64,000 nucleotides of DNA from Trueperaceae bacterium (GTDB lineage Bacteria > Deinococcota > Deinococci > Deinococcales > Trueperaceae). Under the pieces are notes generated by a model, which was not told where the DNA came from, did not search any database, and was given only the letters and a program-made list of their open reading frames with translations. The stretch's first letter is position 1. Each line of letters begins with the position of its first letter. Shown here piece by piece: positions 62,724 through 64,000 of the stretch. Location: NCBI GenBank assembly GCA_011389865.1, contig JAABTL010000004.1, positions 51,854-115,853 on the forward strand, given 5' to 3'. The position numbers and the translations under genes are program-made.

Positions 62724-62758
62724 GACCGCGGCGGGCCCCACGCGGGCCCGCCGCGGTC
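62724..62758 (+). terminator. sodA terminator: perfect 15-bp GC stem with a 5-nt loop
   Basis: gaccgcggcgggccc-cacgc-gggcccgccgcggtc. Confidence 0.7.
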
Positions 62759-62776
62759 GCGTAGCGTCCCAGCGAG

Positions 62777-63289
62777 ATGGACGAACGCTCGGAACGCCTC
62801 GGCTTCGCGCTGGCCCTGGGCGCCTGCCTGCTCCTGGCGGTGGGGGCGGGATGGGGTCGCTGGCGGCCCGCGCAGGTCGAGGTCGGCGTGCTGCGCGGCG
62901 AGGTCACCGTGCACGTGGAGGGGCGGGTGGCCGCCCCCGGTCGTTACCTGCTGCCGTGGGGCAGCCGCGTCGACGACCTGGTCGCGTTGGCGGGCGGGCT
63001 GCTGGAGGATGCCGACCCCACGCTGGTCGCATGGGCGGCGCCGCTGACCGACGGCGCCTCGATCGTCGTGCCGCAGCGCAACGACGCCGCCGGCGACCAG
63101 CGCGTCGACGTGAACGCGGCCAGTGAGCGCCTGCTCGTCACCCTGCCGGGCGTCGGTCCGGTCACGGCGGCGCGGATCGTCGCCGCTCGGCCCTTCCACG
63201 CGGTCGAGGACCTCCTCGAGGTCGCCGGCATCGGCGAGGTCCGCCTCGAGGCGTTGCGGCCGTGGATCACGCTCGGGGGCGGCGGGTGA
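62777..63289 (+). CDS. comEA: ComEA family DNA-binding competence protein (SLBB + helix-hairpin-helix)
   Basis: N-terminal TM. VTVHVEGRVAAPGRYLLPWGSRVDDLV (SLBB). VDVNAASERLLVTLPGVGPVTAARIVAAR (HhH). Confidence 0.88.
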   Translation: MDERSERLGFALALGACLLLAVGAGWGRWRPAQVEVGVLRGEVTVHVEGRVAAPGRYLLPWGSRVDDLVALAGGLLEDADPTLVAWAAPLTDGASIVVPQRNDAAGDQRVDVNAASERLLVTLPGVGPVTAARIVAARPFHAVEDLLEVAGIGEVRLEALRPWITLGGGG

Positions 63290-64000
63290 CGCCGCTGCCG
63301 TGGCCGTGGGGCGCCGCAGCCGGCGTGGCGCTCGGGGTGGCGGCCGCGGGCGAGGGACCCGGCGTGGCGGTCGCCGCCGCGGCGGTCGGGCTGCTGACCG
63401 CGCTGGCGGCGCTCGTCGCCGGGCGCGGCGGCGTCACGCGCCTCGCCTGGCTGGCGCTCGGTGTCGGCGCCATCCTCGGCGCCTGGCGCGGTCACGCCTG
63501 GGCCGTCGCCCCGGACGCGTGGGCCGGCCGCGCCGGCGAGGAGGTCGAGCTCGAGGCCCGCGTGATCGACGGCGTCGCCTGGCCACTGGTGGCTGGCACG
63601 CCCGGCCTCCTGCTGCGCGGCGCGGTCGTCCAGGACGGCCCCCACCGCCTCGTAGGCCGGCTGGCCGAGATCCCGGGGCGGCGCAACCCCGGTGGTTTCG
63701 ACGCGGCCGCGTTCCACGCGCGCCGGGGCGTGACGGCGGCCATGGTCGTCGGCGACGCCGAGGCGCTGGCGCCGCCGGGCGGCCGCCTGCGCGCGCGGGC
63801 GGCGCTGCGCGCCGGCGTGGTGGCCGGCCTGCCGCCGCCGTCGGCGGCCCTGATGCAGGCGCTCACGCTCGGCCTGCGCGACGACCTCGGTCCGCTGCGG
63901 GAGGCGTTCGCGGCCTCCGGCCTCGCCCACGTCCTGGCGCTCTCGGGCCTCCACGTCGGCCTGTTGGCGGCCGTGCTGACCTGGGCGGTGGGCGGCGTCG
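63286..64000 (+). CDS. comEC: ComEC/Rec2 DNA internalisation channel, N-terminal part (runs off the window)
   Basis: Own translation from GTG 63286 (GTGA overlap with the comEA stop). The frame is open to position 64000. ...ALMQALTLGLRDDLGPLREAFAASGLAHVLALSGLHVGLLAAVL... is the ComEC competence-domain signature. Confidence 0.8.
   Translation, partial: MTPLPWPWGAAAGVALGVAAAGEGPGVAVAAAAVGLLTALAALVAGRGGVTRLAWLALGVGAILGAWRGHAWAVAPDAWAGRAGEEVELEARVIDGVAWPLVAGTPGLLLRGAVVQDGPHRLVGRLAEIPGRRNPGGFDAAAFHARRGVTAAMVVGDAEALAPPGGRLRARAALRAGVVAGLPPPSAALMQALTLGLRDDLGPLREAFAASGLAHVLALSGLHVGLLAAVLTWAVGGV

Overview
Very GC-rich (roughly 70% by eye), densely coding bacterial chromosomal segment. I call 66 protein-coding genes; the first and last are cut by the window edges. 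I found no rRNA, tRNA, CRISPR array, transposase, integrase or phage genes, so this looks like core chromosome rather than an island. Content by theme: cell envelope and division (SEDS protein, SlpA-type S-layer/outer-membrane protein, minD-minE, Lnt, PlsC, lipid kinase, rhomboid); DNA repair and uptake (uvrA, uvrD/pcrA, comEA-comEC, HU); Fe-S and redox (sufCBD plus Rieske, DUF59, NDH-2, SodA, DsbB/DsbA); RNA modification (rlmH, trmFO, split mnmC, TrmH-family); K+ uptake (trkA-trkH-trkH); and assorted metabolism (thyX, ispF, aroE, ltaE, sdaAA/AB, a P450, an SDR). The SLH + coiled-coil + beta-barrel SlpA-type protein and the pervasive leaderless promoter layout suggest a Deinococcota-like lineage; this is inference, not proof. 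The long Arg/Pro/Gly/Ala-rich ORFs in the six-frame track that overlap recognisable genes are GC-driven artefacts. Main observations: (1) about 26 transcription units have a TAnnnT -10 box 5-9 nt upstream of the start codon, which indicates leaderless mRNAs and resets several start codons; (2) a degenerate (non-phosphorylatable) receiver/coiled-coil protein with a MinD-like C-terminal tail lies directly downstream of minDE, with no minC adjacent; (3) in an uncharacterised membrane locus (49.6-53.8 kb), an alpha/beta-hydrolase has its HG box and GHSLG nucleophile separated by a roughly 350-aa polytopic membrane insert; (4) a Cys4 mini-ORF without a canonical start codon overlaps the stop of the preceding gene as CTGA, downstream of a P450; (5) tandem 31-33 bp repeats, palindrome-cored at suf and uvrA, sit in the regulatory regions of suf, uvrA and ndh. 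All functional calls come from by-eye motif recognition and none was checked against a database.
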